This document shows, one piece after another, positions 19,955 to 40,731 of a stretch of 64,000 bases of DNA. The DNA is from the human T2T-CHM13v2.0 reference genome, Homo sapiens, in NCBI RefSeq assembly GCF_009914755.1, contig NC_060940.1, one strand, 5' to 3'. The number at the start of each line of letters is the position of its first letter. Within the stretch, counting starts at the first letter, position 1. The position numbers and the translations under genes are program-made. The notes beneath the pieces were generated by a model. That model saw nothing but the letters and a program-made list of their open reading frames with translations, did not search any database and was not told where the DNA came from.

Positions 19955-21515
19955 GAGCTTCCAGTTTCTGGTCTGAATGTAAAGTTCCTTAATGTTGTCA
20001 CTCTAGTTCTCATAATAAGAAAAAAGCAAAGAAACAGAAAATCAACAACTTTTCTTAGATCTTTCAGAGAACTAAGGTCACAGGACAAACTGCTACTTTG
20101 CAAACTGGAGAGACAGACAGGTGGAAACAGAGTCACAGCTTACAAGAAGCAGAAGCCCAAGAGCAGAAGATCAAAGATGGAGCCAATACAGGTAGGAAGA
20201 CTTAACTGAAAAACTGCTGGAGGCTCAGTGTAGACTAGCTTCAGTGTTCAAAACTCCAAGGGTTCAGGGCAGGGGGGAACCCTCACACTTACACTTTTGT
20301 TGAGTTTTACCTCCAGGAATTCCACCAGATTCTCACTGTGAAGACTGGAGAAAAATACCTTTATGTTTCCAGCAGAAGCATGAGAAGGTAACCATTCTGA
20401 AATATGCCCAGAGCTCTCTGTTCTCCCTAACAGCCTGCCTTCAAAGAAAACTTCTACTACAGCTTAACTGACTTGGGTTTAACAAAAGCCTAACTGACCT
20501 GGGGAAAGGGAAATACTCAACTTCAGCTCCCTCTCATCCTCCTATCTCACCTAAGAAGACAGGGAAGCTGAGAAGCACTTGTGAAGGTCACAGCCCAGGG
20601 ACACAGGTTCACTAAAAGAGTGAGACCTAATGACAAGATGACAGAACACTTTTCCTATTCCAGTACTTCATCAACTGGGCTCCTGTATAACAGGGAATTA
20701 CAGCCCAAAGCACTGTAATCATTATCTTTCATTTAAGAAGGAGTCTGTAGCGAAACCGACACACCAGAGGAGACAAAAACAAGGACACTAGAGGAAATAA
20801 TTGCCTCCAACACAACAGCTACTGTGAACAGTATATACAGCCTAATTCCCAGTCAGATCAACCTTAAAACTTCCACAGTAAAGGTCTACCTTAGTTCCCT
20901 TTGCTTAATACATCATATCCAGCTTTCAATAAAAAATTACAGGGCATGCAGAAAGGCAAAAGACAAAACAAAACAAAATGTCCGAAGAGACAAAGGAAGT
21001 ATCAAAACAAGACTTATATATAGCAGGCATTTTGGAATGATCAGACCAGGAATTTAAAATAACTATGATTAACATGCTAAGGGTGCTAATGGAAAAAAGC
21101 AGACAACATACAAGAAGAGATGGTTAATGTAAGCAGAGAGATAGAAACTAAGAATCAAAACGAAATAGAAATAAAAAAACTGTAATAAATGAAGAATGCC
21201 TTGATGGACTCATTGGTAGATTGGACATGACCTAAGAAAGAATCAGTTAAGCTTGAAGATGCCAAAGGTGTAAATACACGTAGTAGGAATACAAGAAGAA
21301 GAAAGAGAGAAAGGCAAAAGAATAAATATTTGAAGTAATAATGATTGAGCAATTTCCAAAATTCATGACAGACCTCAAGCCACAGAACCAGGAAGCTCAG
21401 AGAACACCAAGCAGGATAAATATTGAAAAAATCTATACCCAAGCATATCATATTCGAACCGCAAAAAATCAAAAACGAAGAGAAAATCTTGAAACAAGCC
21501 AGAAAAAAGAAATGG
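19955..21515 (+). mobile_element. Old L1M (L1MD-like) 5'UTR/ORF1 remnant
   Basis: ORF1-like tracts (gaagctcagagaacaccaagcaggataaat...gagaaaatcttgaaa). Confidence 0.65.
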
Positions 21516-21597
21516 AAGAAAATATGACTTGGATTCCATATAAAACTGTGATATAATTTAAAAAAGCTCATTTGAGGTTGAAGACCATGAATTAGGG

Positions 21598-21953
21598 TGA
21601 TATGGTTTGGCTGTGTCCACACCCAAATCTCACATTGAATTGTAATCCCCATAATCCCCACATGTCATGGGAGGGACCTGGTGGAAGGTAACTGAATCAC
21701 AGGAGCGGTTTCCCCCATGGTGTTCTAGTGACAGTGAATTCTCAGGAGATCTGATGGTTTTATAAGCATCTGGCATTTCCCCTGCTGGCACTCATTCTCC
21801 TGCTGCCCTGTGAAGAGGTGCCTTCCACCATGATTGTAAGTTTCCTGAATCCTCCCCAGCCATGCAGAACTGTGAGCCAATTAAACCTCTTTTCTTTATA
21901 AATTACCCAGTCATGGGTATTTCTTCATAGCAGCATGAGAACGGACTAATACA
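21598..21953 (+). mobile_element. THE1-family MaLR solo LTR
   Basis: tgatatggtttggctgtgtcc...attaaacctcttttctttataaattacccagtc...ggactaataca. 5-bp TSD taggg/gaggg. Confidence 0.92.
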
Positions 21954-23034
21954 GAGGGGTAGTGCCAATACGCAGAGCTACAGGTTTTTCTTCAGAAATG
22001 CCCAGTATACTAGGCATAGGAGGGAATAAGAGATAGCTGGACTAACCCAGGGTTGAAATTTTCCCAGGCAGGTACACTGGAAAGTCAGTGCTTTATAGGA
22101 GTTAAAGGTACTGGCAGAAGTAATGTTGGTGTGTGGTAACTAAATAAGGAGGTGGGCAAAGACAATACTGGGCTGATACAGGTCAAGAGACTAATGGTTT
22201 TAAAGTGGAACAGGTATAATTAGAGTAACAGAGTGGGAGGGCTGGAAAATAGGCTGTGGTCAGAGTTGGATAAATGAAATTAGGGTTTCAAAAGTGAAAC
22301 CATTCTGGTAGATAAGGTCCAGGTTATGGCCATGGGAGTGAATAGCTAAAACTGAATATGAATAAAACACTCTGAAGTTTTCAAAATGGAGATGAAGGAA
22401 TATGGGTGGGATCGGTTCATGAGCTCAGTAATTTTTTCCTCTTTCTATACACCTGATAGTCTGCCTATCAGGTGTGACAGAACACATAACCAGCAGAAGA
22501 GCTATTCAACTCATGAATTAACTCAAGTGGTAAAGAATACTATATGGGATGTATATTTTCTCTCTCAGTTTCACACTGGGTCACATCCAATATAACACTT
22601 TTTACTATGATCTGATGTCAAAGGAATATGAAGAAGAACTACTTTTTCAAGAAGTAAATAATTTCGCAAGTGGGCATACATTTGACATTTGTGATACTGG
22701 GTAAGTACACTGTGCATTTGTTTACATGCTGATAAAATTGTGATCTATGATATCAGTAAAATATCAGAGAGAAGGAAAATGATATGGTGAAGGGCAGCTT
22801 AACAGGATCTTAATTTCAAAGAAAGTCATGAATGAATGGGAGGCAGATACATTATCTGCAGAAAAGCCCAAAGGTGCTGGGCGGTAATGGTAATCATTAT
22901 AAAGGCAGCTCTGCATGTTGGACTTTACTTATGTGACTTTCCAAATGATTCTGTTCACTGTAAGATAGAAGTGGCTTAATATTTTAAGATAAGGAGACAG
23001 GAAGCCTTATGGATCTTAGAAGTGTCACCTACCT

Positions 23035-23354
<320 letters not shown>

Positions 23355-23634
23355 CTATACAGCCCTTCCTATCAAACTTTCACCTAGAACTTGTAAGTAA
23401 AATCAGTGGTTTCAAATATAACTTTTTAAAGTTATTACATGGCCACCATGTAATAATCAAAGAGCCACAGAATGGAGATATGGTTAGTTAGAGGGAGAAA
23501 TGTAGGTCTGAATGTTTCACAAAGTGGGTAGATAATACCTGAATAACCAAGTTAATCTTTAGGCTGATGAATCCCATCCACAGTTTTACAGTGATATAAA
23601 AGTATATGGGTTGGACCAAACATTCACATGCATG

Positions 23635-24005
23635 CTGCAGTGACTGTGGTGACGCCTCATCCAGATCTTCTCTTCAGGACCTACACACTTATTCCCTGAG
23701 CTGGCCTGTGTTGGCTGCTAACAGCTCACAGCAGGGTTCCTACCTGGAGATTGTTCTTAGCCAAAGAGAGCTGCCTCATATAAACGTTAACACTTTCCTG
23801 GCGGCCTGTCTGGATGTGATGTGTGATTGATGCAAGAGTTCAAAAGCCGCGCCCCTCTGGCTCAGTTCGGGCCACATTTGAAGGATCATCCTAGCTCCAG
23901 AGCTCCCCATGCATCTTCTCCTTCTGCCACTGCTGCTTTCTTCACTACTTCAGAGGTGTTGCCCCCAGTTTGAGTCTAGATTATATCCCTGTGTCAGGGT
24001 CTGTT
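23635..24005 (+). mobile_element. LTR16-like ERVL LTR
   Basis: Motifs ggctgctaacagctcaca and tcctagctccagagctcccc resemble LTR16C. Confidence 0.55.
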
Positions 24006-24805
24006 TCTACACTTCTTAAATATGGGAAGTTTCCCAACTATACATAAAATATTGTCAATGTAATGTTTAATGACACTGTTAAGAAAATGAGACAATAATG
24101 AGAACACCTAGTTTGTATTGCAGTTCCACTATTTAACAGCTCCATGACTTTGGATAATTTAACTTCTCTGAGTCTCAGTTTCCTTGTCTTTAAATAGGGG
24201 CTAATTTCTTATGAAACAAGGATTACTACAAAGACCCCAAACAGTTCCCTGTACACACACACAAACACATGCATGCTTTTAAATACAATATTCTTATTAC
24301 AGTTTACATGAATTGGTCTGTCAAAAACTAATTATTTTCACATTTGTTATTTCACTGAAACATTCTATTAGACAGCAAGTCAATATTAAGACTACACACA
24401 AAAAAGTCACTAATTGCCTACTATATGCTTGTCTCTGCGACCTATACCAGGTACACAAGATGACATGGTTCTTGACTTCAGGGGGTTACAGTCTCGTGTG
24501 GAGAGGCATCTAATCTAAACAAGTGTAATGAAATATTATAAATGCCAAAATGTCTTAAAATAATTGGAGGGGTGGTCATTCTGCTAAGGATATCAGAAAA
24601 GGCTTCATAAAGACGACCGTTCAGGTAAGACATTTTTTTAGGAAAGGTACTTTACTTTCAGCACAGTTTTCTTGAGTAATGAAGGATTCTTTAATCACTG
24701 CCAGATAATAATGATATTTGATAATCTATAACAACTATTTTGTGTGTGTCTACTTATACATAGAATTTTCATAGACATATTTATAACAGATATAAATTTA
24801 CTTAC

Positions 24806-24849
24806 TGTTATCTTACGAGGACAGTCATTAGAACACAGACCACTAAGAA
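24806..24849 (-). CDS. ITFG1: ITFG1 coding exon, 44 bp (about exon 13): (V)LSGLCSNDCPRKIT
   Basis: Too short for the ORF track; read by hand. Acceptor tttatttttccacag|TT, donor ACA|gtaagt. Phase 1 in, phase 0 out, which fits both neighbours. Confidence 0.95.
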
Positions 24850-25715
24850 CTGTGGAAAAATAAACAGGCAATTATTACTATTATAAGTTTATATTTAAAG
24901 TGAGCTCTAATTTTCTCCCTAAGATCCATTAATATACTCTATTGATTCATAATCACAAGCAGAAACCAATTCAATTTCTTTAGATCTGAGCAAATTAAAG
25001 TTCTGTTGTTCACTTTATACCAATATTTCAAAAGCCTTTATTAAACTGTCAAGATGCTACTATTTTGTGAACTATATAGGTGAGATAAATTATGATTATA
25101 TCATACCATACCTAAAATAGAACCTGTTGGTTCTATTTTCCAATTAGTTAGCTAAATTCCAAGGATGACTTAGATTCTGACAGAGGGGTGCCAAATGAGA
25201 ACCAACTAAAATGTATACTAAGAAAAACATCTACATTCAGTACTTTATATCTCAAACTAGACTTTTTTCATTCATGTAATTCTGGGTCAAAGATTTTGGG
25301 TACCCTTGATAGCTAATATAGAGAGCATAACTATAAAATAATTGATGAGTCTACAACAAATATACAAAATAATGATAAATTTATTGTATAACCAGCAAAA
25401 AGAGGTTAAAATATCTGAACAATCTTTATCTAAATAATATGAGTTCTGAAATAAAACCATATTTCTACCACTTTTGGTGAAGTGATACCTTTGATAAGAA
25501 AGCAGACATTATATGCTATCATTTTAAAATGCTATATGTTATAAGATAAAGAAAGAGAGCTGATAGTTCTCAGTGGGCACAAATTATTTTCTTAGTTATG
25601 AATATTTGTCTGTAGATTAAAATATATCCAGAAGAAAATGGTTTCTTTTGTTTGTTTATATTACATGACTATGGAATGACAATCATTCTAATATAAATGT
25701 TTGACTTAGGCAGGG

Positions 25716-26385
<670 letters not shown>

Positions 26386-26850
26386 GAGTATGTAAGGTAA
26401 AAGGCACCAAGAAATAAACATGATATATTTCATCACAAAAGAGAATACCTGTTCATTTACTATAGAATATTTACATTAAATACAACTTGAGGAAACAGTG
26501 AAATAAATATTTTACACTTGCAAGCAGTTTTCAATGTTTAAATTTCCTACCCCAGCAGAATGCCTGGTTCTCACTCTTTTATTATGAAAACCCTAACTTC
26601 TCACTCTCCTTTTATCTTCTTCCCTAAAGTTTAGGTAGATATTGGTACTTCTTTTCCAACTGTTCCAAAATGATTTGCATAAGCCTTCATTTAAACCATT
26701 ATCTTGCTGACCCACAGTTACTGATGCACACATATGTCTTTGCACGCAGATGTTACCTCTGCATCATTCTGTCCTTATTTTCTCAGGGTCTCACCCAACA
26801 TATTTGCTCAATAAATACTTGTTAAAGGAGGAAAAAAGATGGCTTATTCA

Positions 26851-27159
<309 letters not shown>

Positions 27160-27164
27160 GATGG

Positions 27165-30500
<3,336 letters not shown>

Positions 30501-30573
30501 GTAAGTGCTGACTTGAAAGGGGGCTTATACTTTGTTAAGGTAAAAAAACCAAGATGCATGCAAATATGTTTCA

Positions 30574-31398
<825 letters not shown>

Positions 31399-31428
31399 TA
31401 TGTTATGCATAATTGCATGGTATTCCAT

Positions 31429-31432
<4 letters not shown>

Positions 31433-31473
<41 letters not shown>
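31433..31473 (+). repeat. (TG)n microsatellite, about 20 units
   Basis: Seen directly. Confidence 0.97.
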
Positions 31474-31475
<2 letters not shown>

Positions 31476-31488
31476 TTACCCCTCTGTA

Positions 31489-31855
31489 TGTTATGGACTG
31501 AATGAGTACCCCCTCCCTCAAAGTCATATGTTGAAGCCCTAACCCCCAATGTGGCTGTTCTTGGAGACAGGGCCTCTAAGGAAGCAATTAAGGTTAAATG
31601 AGGTCACAGGGAGAGGATCAGTGTCTCCTAATAAGTGAGCTTGCTGCTTCTCTCTACATGCACATGAAAAGAACATGTGAGAGCACACTGAGATGGCAGC
31701 CACCTAGAAACCAGGAGATGAGGCTGCTCAGAGTGCATCTACCTTCCCAGCACTTTGATCTTTAACTTCCTAGCTTCTAAAACTGTGAGAAATAAATTTC
31801 TGTTAAGACACTCAGCCTGCGGTATTTTGTTATGGAAGCCTGAGCAGACTAATAC
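31489..31855 (+). mobile_element. MLT1A/B MaLR solo LTR
   Basis: tgttatggactgaatg...tgagaaataaatttctgtt...cagactaataca. Confidence 0.8.
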
Positions 31856-31874
31856 ACATACATACTTCCTTTTA

Positions 31875-32204
<330 letters not shown>

Positions 32205-33634
32205 CTACATACTATTGTGTAATTCCCCCACACTTATTACTTCAACCCATAATTGCATGGTATTCCATTTACGTGTGTGTGTATTTACCCCTTCTTTTTA
32301 TTAGGATGTTTAGGTTCTTCCCCTCCTCATACCCCAATTTTTTTTCCTCCTAAAAACACCATTGGCAAGATCAGCTTTATGGACCTGGTACATTTATACA
32401 CAGATCTTTGGCACATCTCTGACAATTTCCTTGGAATAAATGTATAGAACAGAATTTCTGGGTTCAATCTGAAAGCTTTTGATATACACAATGAAACTAT
32501 TCTCCAGAAAAGACTATCAAACATCTAAAAAGACCATTTATTTATCTTCTGGTAAGTGCCAAGCTGTGAACACATGAATTTTCTTTTACAAATAGTCTTC
32601 CTTAATCTTCATATCAAGACTGTGAAGTAATTCTAATTGTCCCCTGCCTCCTCCTTTTTTTTTTTTTAAATGAAGAGGAAACTGAAGAACTGAAGATTCG
32701 GACCATACTCACGGTCACAAGGTGAATGGAACTCTTTTGCAAGACTATGTGGCCACTGCTTTCAACAAGCAACAAGAAACTAACTCATTTAAGGAACACA
32801 TTATCCTACGATGATAGGAGATGAGAAATCGATGAACTATTGGGTTATTTTCTGTATAAGATAAAATGTCTGTGTCTTGGTTAGCATAGTCTAGAGTATT
32901 TACTAATATATCACATAATCACATTAGTATTAATCACATAATACAATTCAAAAATCATGTAATAGTTTCTTCCATTTTGTGTACAATAAGCTAAAAACTT
33001 GGTTCTTGCATCTGTTTTTGTTTTTTCACAAGACCTCCTGTCAAATTTGAAGTTTCACATTATAACATTAGGATCACATGATAAGACTTAAATGTAACCT
33101 TAACTTTGCCACATCTTTTCTCCACTAAGAAATTTTATACAATAAAGTCAAACTAGGTATTAAACATGAAAAAATATGATACATATTTGCCATAGATATG
33201 TGTTATAAAAAGGGGTGTCTACATAATACAAATAGAGTATGCATTTCCTTGGTTTTTGCAACCACAGATTCAAGGAGAAACAATACTAACCCTTGATTAA
33301 TTATCATGCTGGTTCATAATATTGTTTAATTAGGAATTCTGAACTCTCTACATAATATTATAAAGGTTTATCTGTGTCCACTCAGAAATTATTTTACCTA
33401 CAGAACTTGACCTTTTCCCAGTGACATCTATACGGCTATGCAGCAGGTGAGGCTGACTCAGACTGCGTGGGTTCTGGGCTCTGCTAGCTATGTATGTTTG
33501 ATGTAAGGTAGGAAAATATGTCTTTAGCTACATTCAGTAATGATACTGCTTTTGTTAAGGAGTGCTACAGAAGGATGAAATTTTACTTTTAGCTTTGGTT
33601 TTACCACTCAAATCCTCTGTGACCCACCCTTTAG

Positions 33635-33906
33635 TTTTCTTTTTTGAGACAGTCTCACTCTGTTGCCCACGCTGAAATGCAGTGGCACCATCTTGGCACA
33701 CTGCAACCTCTACCTCCTGTGATTTTCGTGCCTCAGCCTCCCAAGTAGCTGGGATTACAGGCGCCTGCCACCACACCTGTATTTTTAGTAGTGATGGGGT
33801 TTCACCATGTTGACCAGGCTGGTCTCGAACTTGGGGCCTCAAGTGATTCGCCTGCCTTGACCTCCCAAACTGCTGGGATTCCAGGTGTGAGCCACCACGC
33901 ATGGCC
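33635..33906 (-). mobile_element. AluS with internal deletions
   Basis: Antisense dimer. Flanking tagttttctt TSD. Confidence 0.9.
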
Positions 33907-35794
33907 TAGTTTTCTTATAAGAAAAAAAGAGGACACCCACCCTCATACTTACTATCTTCTTCCCCTCTTGAGTTAATGAAATTTGAAAATGTCTGAAAAA
34001 CATTAGGTTTCTTGAAATTTACAGACCATATAAAGAAAATTTTTATTCTCATTTTTTCCCCTCTTATTGCTCAATATATTAAAGGGACAGACTCATCAGG
34101 AATATGGTTTCAATCACAGTTTATTACAATTAGATGTAAATTCTTCATAAAAGGCAGAACTGATTTAAATATGGCTGGAAAACACAACAGAGTGTAAGTT
34201 TTATATGTATGTTAGTAGTTCATCTTCTGTTATTAATAATCTGCTACTACAGAAACTAAGTCTTTAGGTCATGAGTGTTGATAAGGGTAAACCTCAAGGC
34301 AAATATCTGACACCAATGCTGGCTCAAAGCTGTAAGTGCCACTCCTTTCAAGCTTCCTATTCATTTGGCACAGAAAATCTCAAGCAGGGCCACGTCTTGC
34401 TGTGTTAGCTAATGAAAGATGTGATCATGGGCAAATCACTTCACCTCTCTCTCTTTTATGGTTTTACAAAAACATTTAAAGTAAGAGAGTTGGATGAAAT
34501 AATTTATAAGGTTTATAAAAACCTCTAAACTGGAGTTTTTATAAACCTTATAAATTATTTCATAATTCTTTGATTCCAAACCGGGATCTATATTGTTATC
34601 TAGTAGTTTCAGGTGCTTAATACTCACCCTAGCTCAGAGGGAAGTAGCCTGGGTTTAAAGGGCTCTTTGTGTAAGTTTGCTCACATGTGACAAAATTATC
34701 TAGAGAACAAAGCCTTGAATAGTCTGGGTCTGAATGAACGAGGCTGGATCATGGATGATGCATCCTCTCAATGTCAGAAATGCAGAGCAGAACCAGAAAT
34801 GGAACTTGCTACTATGTAAGCTAATTTTCTGCATTCTCTTTTTCCTTACAGCATATGTAACATTACATACATACTCACGTATTTTCATCTAAAACTTAAT
34901 ATAGGATACTATTATAGGAAGCAATTGTGTAAAGCAGAAGGCACATGATAAACAATAAATGTTAGCTATTACTGTTTTGTTTATAAAACAAACTATAGAT
35001 TCTATCATTCTGGATTTCAGGATTTAGAGGTATCAGCTTTCATTGCTGCAGCTTCTTTCAGTGTGCCTGAAACTTCAGAGACCAGCAGAAGCAGGCAGAG
35101 AATGCTCAGTGCTCATGGTGGTTATATCTACTAAGTGGCAAAGAGCACAGCTTTTCTAAAATACTTTTCCTGACTTTCCAAATGTTTTACAATAGGCTCT
35201 CTTATTTTTGTAATCAGAAAACAAAACTAAATAAATACTAAACCAAAACCTTACCAATAAAAAAAAGAAATAATGTGTTAAAGTTCTCTGGCATAATCAA
35301 AAAAGTAAAAGGATAGACTGATGGTGATTCTACTAATGTCACCCTGAAATTATAATTTAAAAACTCCACAATGTCAAGCTTATGAACAAGTAAAAATTAT
35401 TTAAAGTAGTCTATTAAATGAGTGCAAATATGTAATTTCCCCAGTGATATCAGAATAAAAATTTCATCACCTGTGCTTCAGTTAGGTTAAAAACAAACAC
35501 TATTAAATGTGCCAAGGCTGAATTTACTATGATTACAGCAAAAGCCCATTTTTTAAAAGTGAGACAGTTATATTACTGATATAAAAATATAGGTTTATGG
35601 GTGAAGTGAAACTTATTTTTTTAAGTAAGTATAATAAATGGGAAGGTATGCTAAAATACATAAAGGGCCCATTATGGAAAAGGGAAATTTAACAGGACAG
35701 ACACCTGTATGCAATTCTAGCCTTCTACTATTTGTGTTCTTTGCCCCTGTGAGCTTCTTGAAGGCAATAACTGTTTTTGTTTGATTTTTAAGTG

Positions 35795-35855
35795 TCTCTC
35801 TGTATTGCTTAGTTCAAGTGTAACTCTCTCTGTGTTGCTTAGTTCAAGTGTAACT
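35795..35855 (+). repeat. 30-bp tandem duplication
   Basis: tctctctgt(a/g)ttgcttagttcaagtgtaac x2, one mismatch. Confidence 0.95.
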
Positions 35856-35958
35856 GAATGTTTTTTCACTAGCTAATTTTGGCTAACTCTAGAAGTTTAA
35901 GAATTTTTAATAATTTCATAAGCTTTTGTAATTACATATTATTTGTAATCATACTATG

Positions 35959-36268
<310 letters not shown>

Positions 36269-38446
36269 CTACACAGGATTATTATAACATTGTGTAATAC
36301 CCTTTTAAATGAGCTGTTCCAAAAAGTAATTTCTAATACTCCTAGGGACTTTTAAAACCAAATTTGTTTTTAAAGATTAAAAAAATATGAAAACAGCCTA
36401 TTCACAAATAAAAAGCAGTAATTAAAACACTTGATGAGCTATGTGAAATACTGGTTATTAGGAGATTTAATTTGTAGTTTAAAACATGGACAATGGGATG
36501 TGCAATTTGTAAGTTTCTTTTAACATGATAATGCTTAGGATTTTATCATTTCATGTTAAACCATACTGTATGTTACAGTCCATGTATTCTTAAAGATATT
36601 TAAAGTATAAAAATTTGGCTTCTAGCATTGTGATTCAGTTTATATTAGCTATTTCACACAAATGTCAAAACCAAAACCCAAATATGGCAATAATCGTGCA
36701 TAAATACTGTAACACTAAGCCAACGTGCAGGTTGGGAGAAGGATGAGTTAAATAGCCAAAGCTGTAAAGGTCAATACTGTATAATGGTTTTAGTTGTGTT
36801 TAAAGTAAAAAATTCCTGCCTGGATTCTGAGTGACTATTCATATTCCTTCTCTGAAAATGTCTTTAAGCTTTGTTTCTTTAAGACATATGAACACAAAAA
36901 CATTATCACCTCTTTAAAAATTACTCAAGCTTTGAGCACATGTGTAAAATCAAGTACCTGCTTCCAGACATTCTTGTCATTTAGACGACATTATTTTAGA
37001 TATTCTATGGAAGATTTTTTGGTCTGTTATTGATTACCTATCTTTCATTAATTATTTTATTAAATTGTAAAATCATATGCTCTTTGTAAAAAAATACAGA
37101 AACATATTTTTGAAGCAATTTTAATCTTGTTCTTTATGTGTACATATTAAGTATCAAATATGGTAGTTATATAATATATACCTATATAAATATATATACA
37201 TATATTTCATACACATATAAATTTGTTAAAATTTTTGCTAAAGTCAGGAGCAGTTTGATCTTTAAGAACATATCGAATAAAAAAATGGTAAGTATGTGAC
37301 ATGATGGATATGTTAATTTGTCTGATTTAATAATTTCACAAGGTATACATATACTAAAATATCATATTGTACCCCTTAAATTAAAAAATATTAAACAAGG
37401 AATTAAAAAACAGAAAACATATTGGTTCCAGGTCAGTATGTTTGAAATAACTTCTAGGAGACAATTTCAAAAACAAAACATATTATTTACCTTCCTTAAT
37501 TCCCTAAATGTCACTGCAATGTTCAAAAATAATAAATGACAGATATCTTGAGAAATTCTTAAAGGATACTGAATAGGTGAGTAGGATTGAGAAAGAGCTA
37601 ATTAGTGTTGAGCAGGTCAGAGAGCTACTGGGGCAATGGGGGTGGACCCCCCAGCAGCTCATTGGGAAACCTTTCAGCTCAGAGCTGCGGCAGCTGAGAG
37701 GGGAAACATGCCAGGGCTGAGGAAAGAAGGGGAATGGAGGGTCTCTGGAAAACAGGTTCGAGGCTTGTGACAGGAAAAGCTGCATTTGTTACTTGGTAGT
37801 TCTTGGTAGCTAAGTAAAGTGGGGGATTTGCTGGTGCTTCTAGTCAGTGCCCTATATAACTGCACAGTGTTGCCCAAAACACAAACTTTTTAGCATAGAG
37901 GATGAAACAACACAAAAAAGCTCAGCAAAGCAGTGAGTTCCTCCCTGTAACATCCTCTCATTACTTCCCACTGGAATGCACAAATGTGTTCAGACTCAGA
38001 GAGCCTGTCGACACCCTCGGTTGAGGCCACAGGAGTAAGTCAGGGCTCTTGTGTCTCTTGCTAGTGACTTTCACAGAGAAGGCAGTTGGAGTTCAACTTT
38101 AAGGCATCACTTCAGCTCTCCTGTCTGAGAGCCCTCAAGCCACCACTTTGCTCAAATATAGCTTCTACCCCTGGTGGGCTCCCAGCTTGTGAGCCCCAAA
38201 GGGGAAAGGAAAAAGGAAGCAGTGGCAATTGTCTGATGGGCAGAAGTATATAGTGACCCACCCCGCCCGCACTACCCACCAACACTGATTCTTTTAAGAA
38301 ATGTAAGCAGAGAAAACTCCTCATGCACAAGAAGAAAAGCAACAGCTTAAGAGAAGGAAGACTAACAGGAATAATCATATAAATGGCCCCCACCCTAAAC
38401 AGAACATGCACAGGAACAGGAGGGAATTTCAAAGATGAGCATATTA

Positions 38447-38782
38447 CAGTAGCCCCCACTTATCCAAAGGGACATGTTCCAAGAGCACCAGTGGGTGCCT
38501 GAAACTGTGCAGAGCACTGAATCCTAAATATGCTGTTTTTTCCTATATGTACATACCTATGATAAAGTTTAATTTACAAATTAGGCATAGTAAGAGACTA
38601 ACAACAATAAACTAATAATAAAATAGAACAATTGTAACAATAAACTGTAATAAAAGTTATGTGAATGTAGTTTTTCACTCTGAAAATATTTTCTTGTACT
38701 GTACTCACATCTTTTCAGAATACAGTTGACTATGGGTAACTAAAACCACAGAAAGTGAAACTGTGGATAAGTGGGGACTACG
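38447..38782. mobile_element. MER44A (Tigger7-derived MITE)
   Basis: ta|cagtagcccccacttatcc...ggataagtggggactac terminal inverted repeats. Confidence 0.82.
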
Positions 38783-40348
38783 CTATATGCAAGAAGAAAA
38801 TAGAGCAATGTTTATAAAATTCTGTAATAGCGAACTTAGTGTTAACAGTAAGAGCAAGAGAAAGATATTTTAAGACATACTAGTACTCAGAAAATATATT
38901 AACCTAAGTACAATTTTTCTGAAAATAACTTGAGAAAATACTTCACCAAAAGAAATAGGGGAAAATGTGGTGTATAAGAAAAAAGGTGGCAATAAGGCTG
39001 GTAAAATTTGTTTATTACTGATAATATGGTTGTGAATTATTAAGAAAGGATTTATAAAATGGAAGGCACAAAAAGTAAAACAAAATTAATCATCCAGAAA
39101 TTAAACTTCCATATTATTTCAACAAAACCCAGAGGCAGGCAAGGGGAATAAAAGCTTTCCCATTAAGTATCTGCTTTTGGAGAAAAAAGAAAAAAGAAAG
39201 CTTTCCCAAAGGAAAGGTCTCATCTTGTTTGGTAAACAAAGGTGAAGATACTGTTACAATTTTAAAAGTCCTAGGGGAAACAGGGTTCATCCAGGTTTGT
39301 TAGAAATGAGTTAAGTTCTAGACTAGAATTAAGATTCAGAACCTCCAAGTGTATCTGACAGGAATAACAATAAAAGATGAGAGCTAGTAACTAGTCTTGA
39401 TTCAGGGGAGAGGGGACCCCACAATTCTGTAATACGCAAGGTCCCCGTCTTCATGTAAGTGCTGTGGATCTGCTGTGCTGTGCGTAAGAGAAGCAGAAGG
39501 GCAGTTTACATTGCCATGGCCACATATAAAAGCTTAAGTATCCCCAATTTCCTTAACTGAAAAACAGTGGCATTTAGTATAGGCTGGTTTGAGATTAGAG
39601 TAACAGAATAATTTAAGAGCAAAATCAGCTGTGGACATTGCCGATGGCTGTGAAGGGTAATTACGTGCTAGTAACTGACTTAAGGCAAACAACCGATAAT
39701 CAAAGGAAAGAGTGGAAGGGCATCTCAAAACAACTAGAAGGTTATTTTTCTTCCAAATGATTGCTTTAAATTGGGATCTCATTTCCTGTGACCTTTCTGT
39801 AAATTACATTATTAATATTTATGTTAATATCTTTAATGCAAAGTTATCCTGTTTTCTAAAACTAAAACCTCCTGCACCAAATTGGCTATCTATGGGTCTC
39901 AGCTTGGAGATGTGTGGAGAATCCTCTCCTCAGGATAATGTTACTGAGACTGCAGGGTGACTTGTCCTGATTTAGGGTGGTAAGTTGAAGGCCAGGGATT
40001 CTTAAACTCCAGATTAGAGATTCTCAAGACTCTCTTCAGTTTTCTGTTTTAACTTTTTACTACAGAACATTTCAAACAAAAGTATAAACATATATAAAAC
40101 TGAAAATAGCAGAATGAACCTCACACACATTTCTCACAATTTGAAAAACTGTCAACAACACATGGCCAACCTTGTTTCATGTATACCTAGCTTCCACATC
40201 CCTGGATTACTTTAAAGAAGGGCTCAGACATGTCATTTCACTGTCAGGTAGTTTGCTGTCTCACTATTTAATGATGTAAAGGCTACATTTTCCTGAGCAG
40301 GACCATGATGTGTTCTGAGTATTCTGTTATTATGATTATAAGTTAGGG

Positions 40349-40731
40349 CAGTGGTCCCCAACCTTTCTGGCACCACAGATGGGTTTTGCAGAAGAAGGGC
40401 AATTTTTTCACAGATGGGGGTTAGATGGGTGATGGTTTCAGGATTGTTCCACCTCAGATCATCAGGCATTAGTTAGATTCTCATAAGGAGCACACAACCT
40501 AGATCCCTCACATGTGCAGTTCACAATAGGCGTCGTGCTCCTATGAGAATCTAATGCTACTGCTGCTCTGACAGGAGACAGAGCTCAGGCGGTAATGCCA
40601 GTGATGGGGTGTGGCTATAAATACAGGGGAAGCTTTGCTCGCCCTCCGGCCGTTCACCTCCTGTCGTGCGGCCTGGTTCCTAATAGGTCTCAGACTAGTA
40701 CTGGTCTGCAGCCTGGGGTTTGGGACCCCTG
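40349..40731 (+). mobile_element. MER1A/B hAT MITE
   Basis: TIRs cagtggtccccaacc / ggtttgggacccctg. 8-bp TSD (a/c)gttaggg at 40341-40348 and 40732-40739. Confidence 0.9.

Noticed and set aside
33403-33446. Possible plus-strand micro-exon (ttttacctacag|...GCAG|gtgagg) of an antisense RNA
   Set aside because: Splice-like motifs alone, with no partner exons or promoter visible. Expected by chance.
37504-38459. GC-richer stretch with ORFs of 93 and 115 aa
   Set aside because: No recognisable protein similarity, no clear exon boundaries and no CpG island. It may be a degraded repeat.
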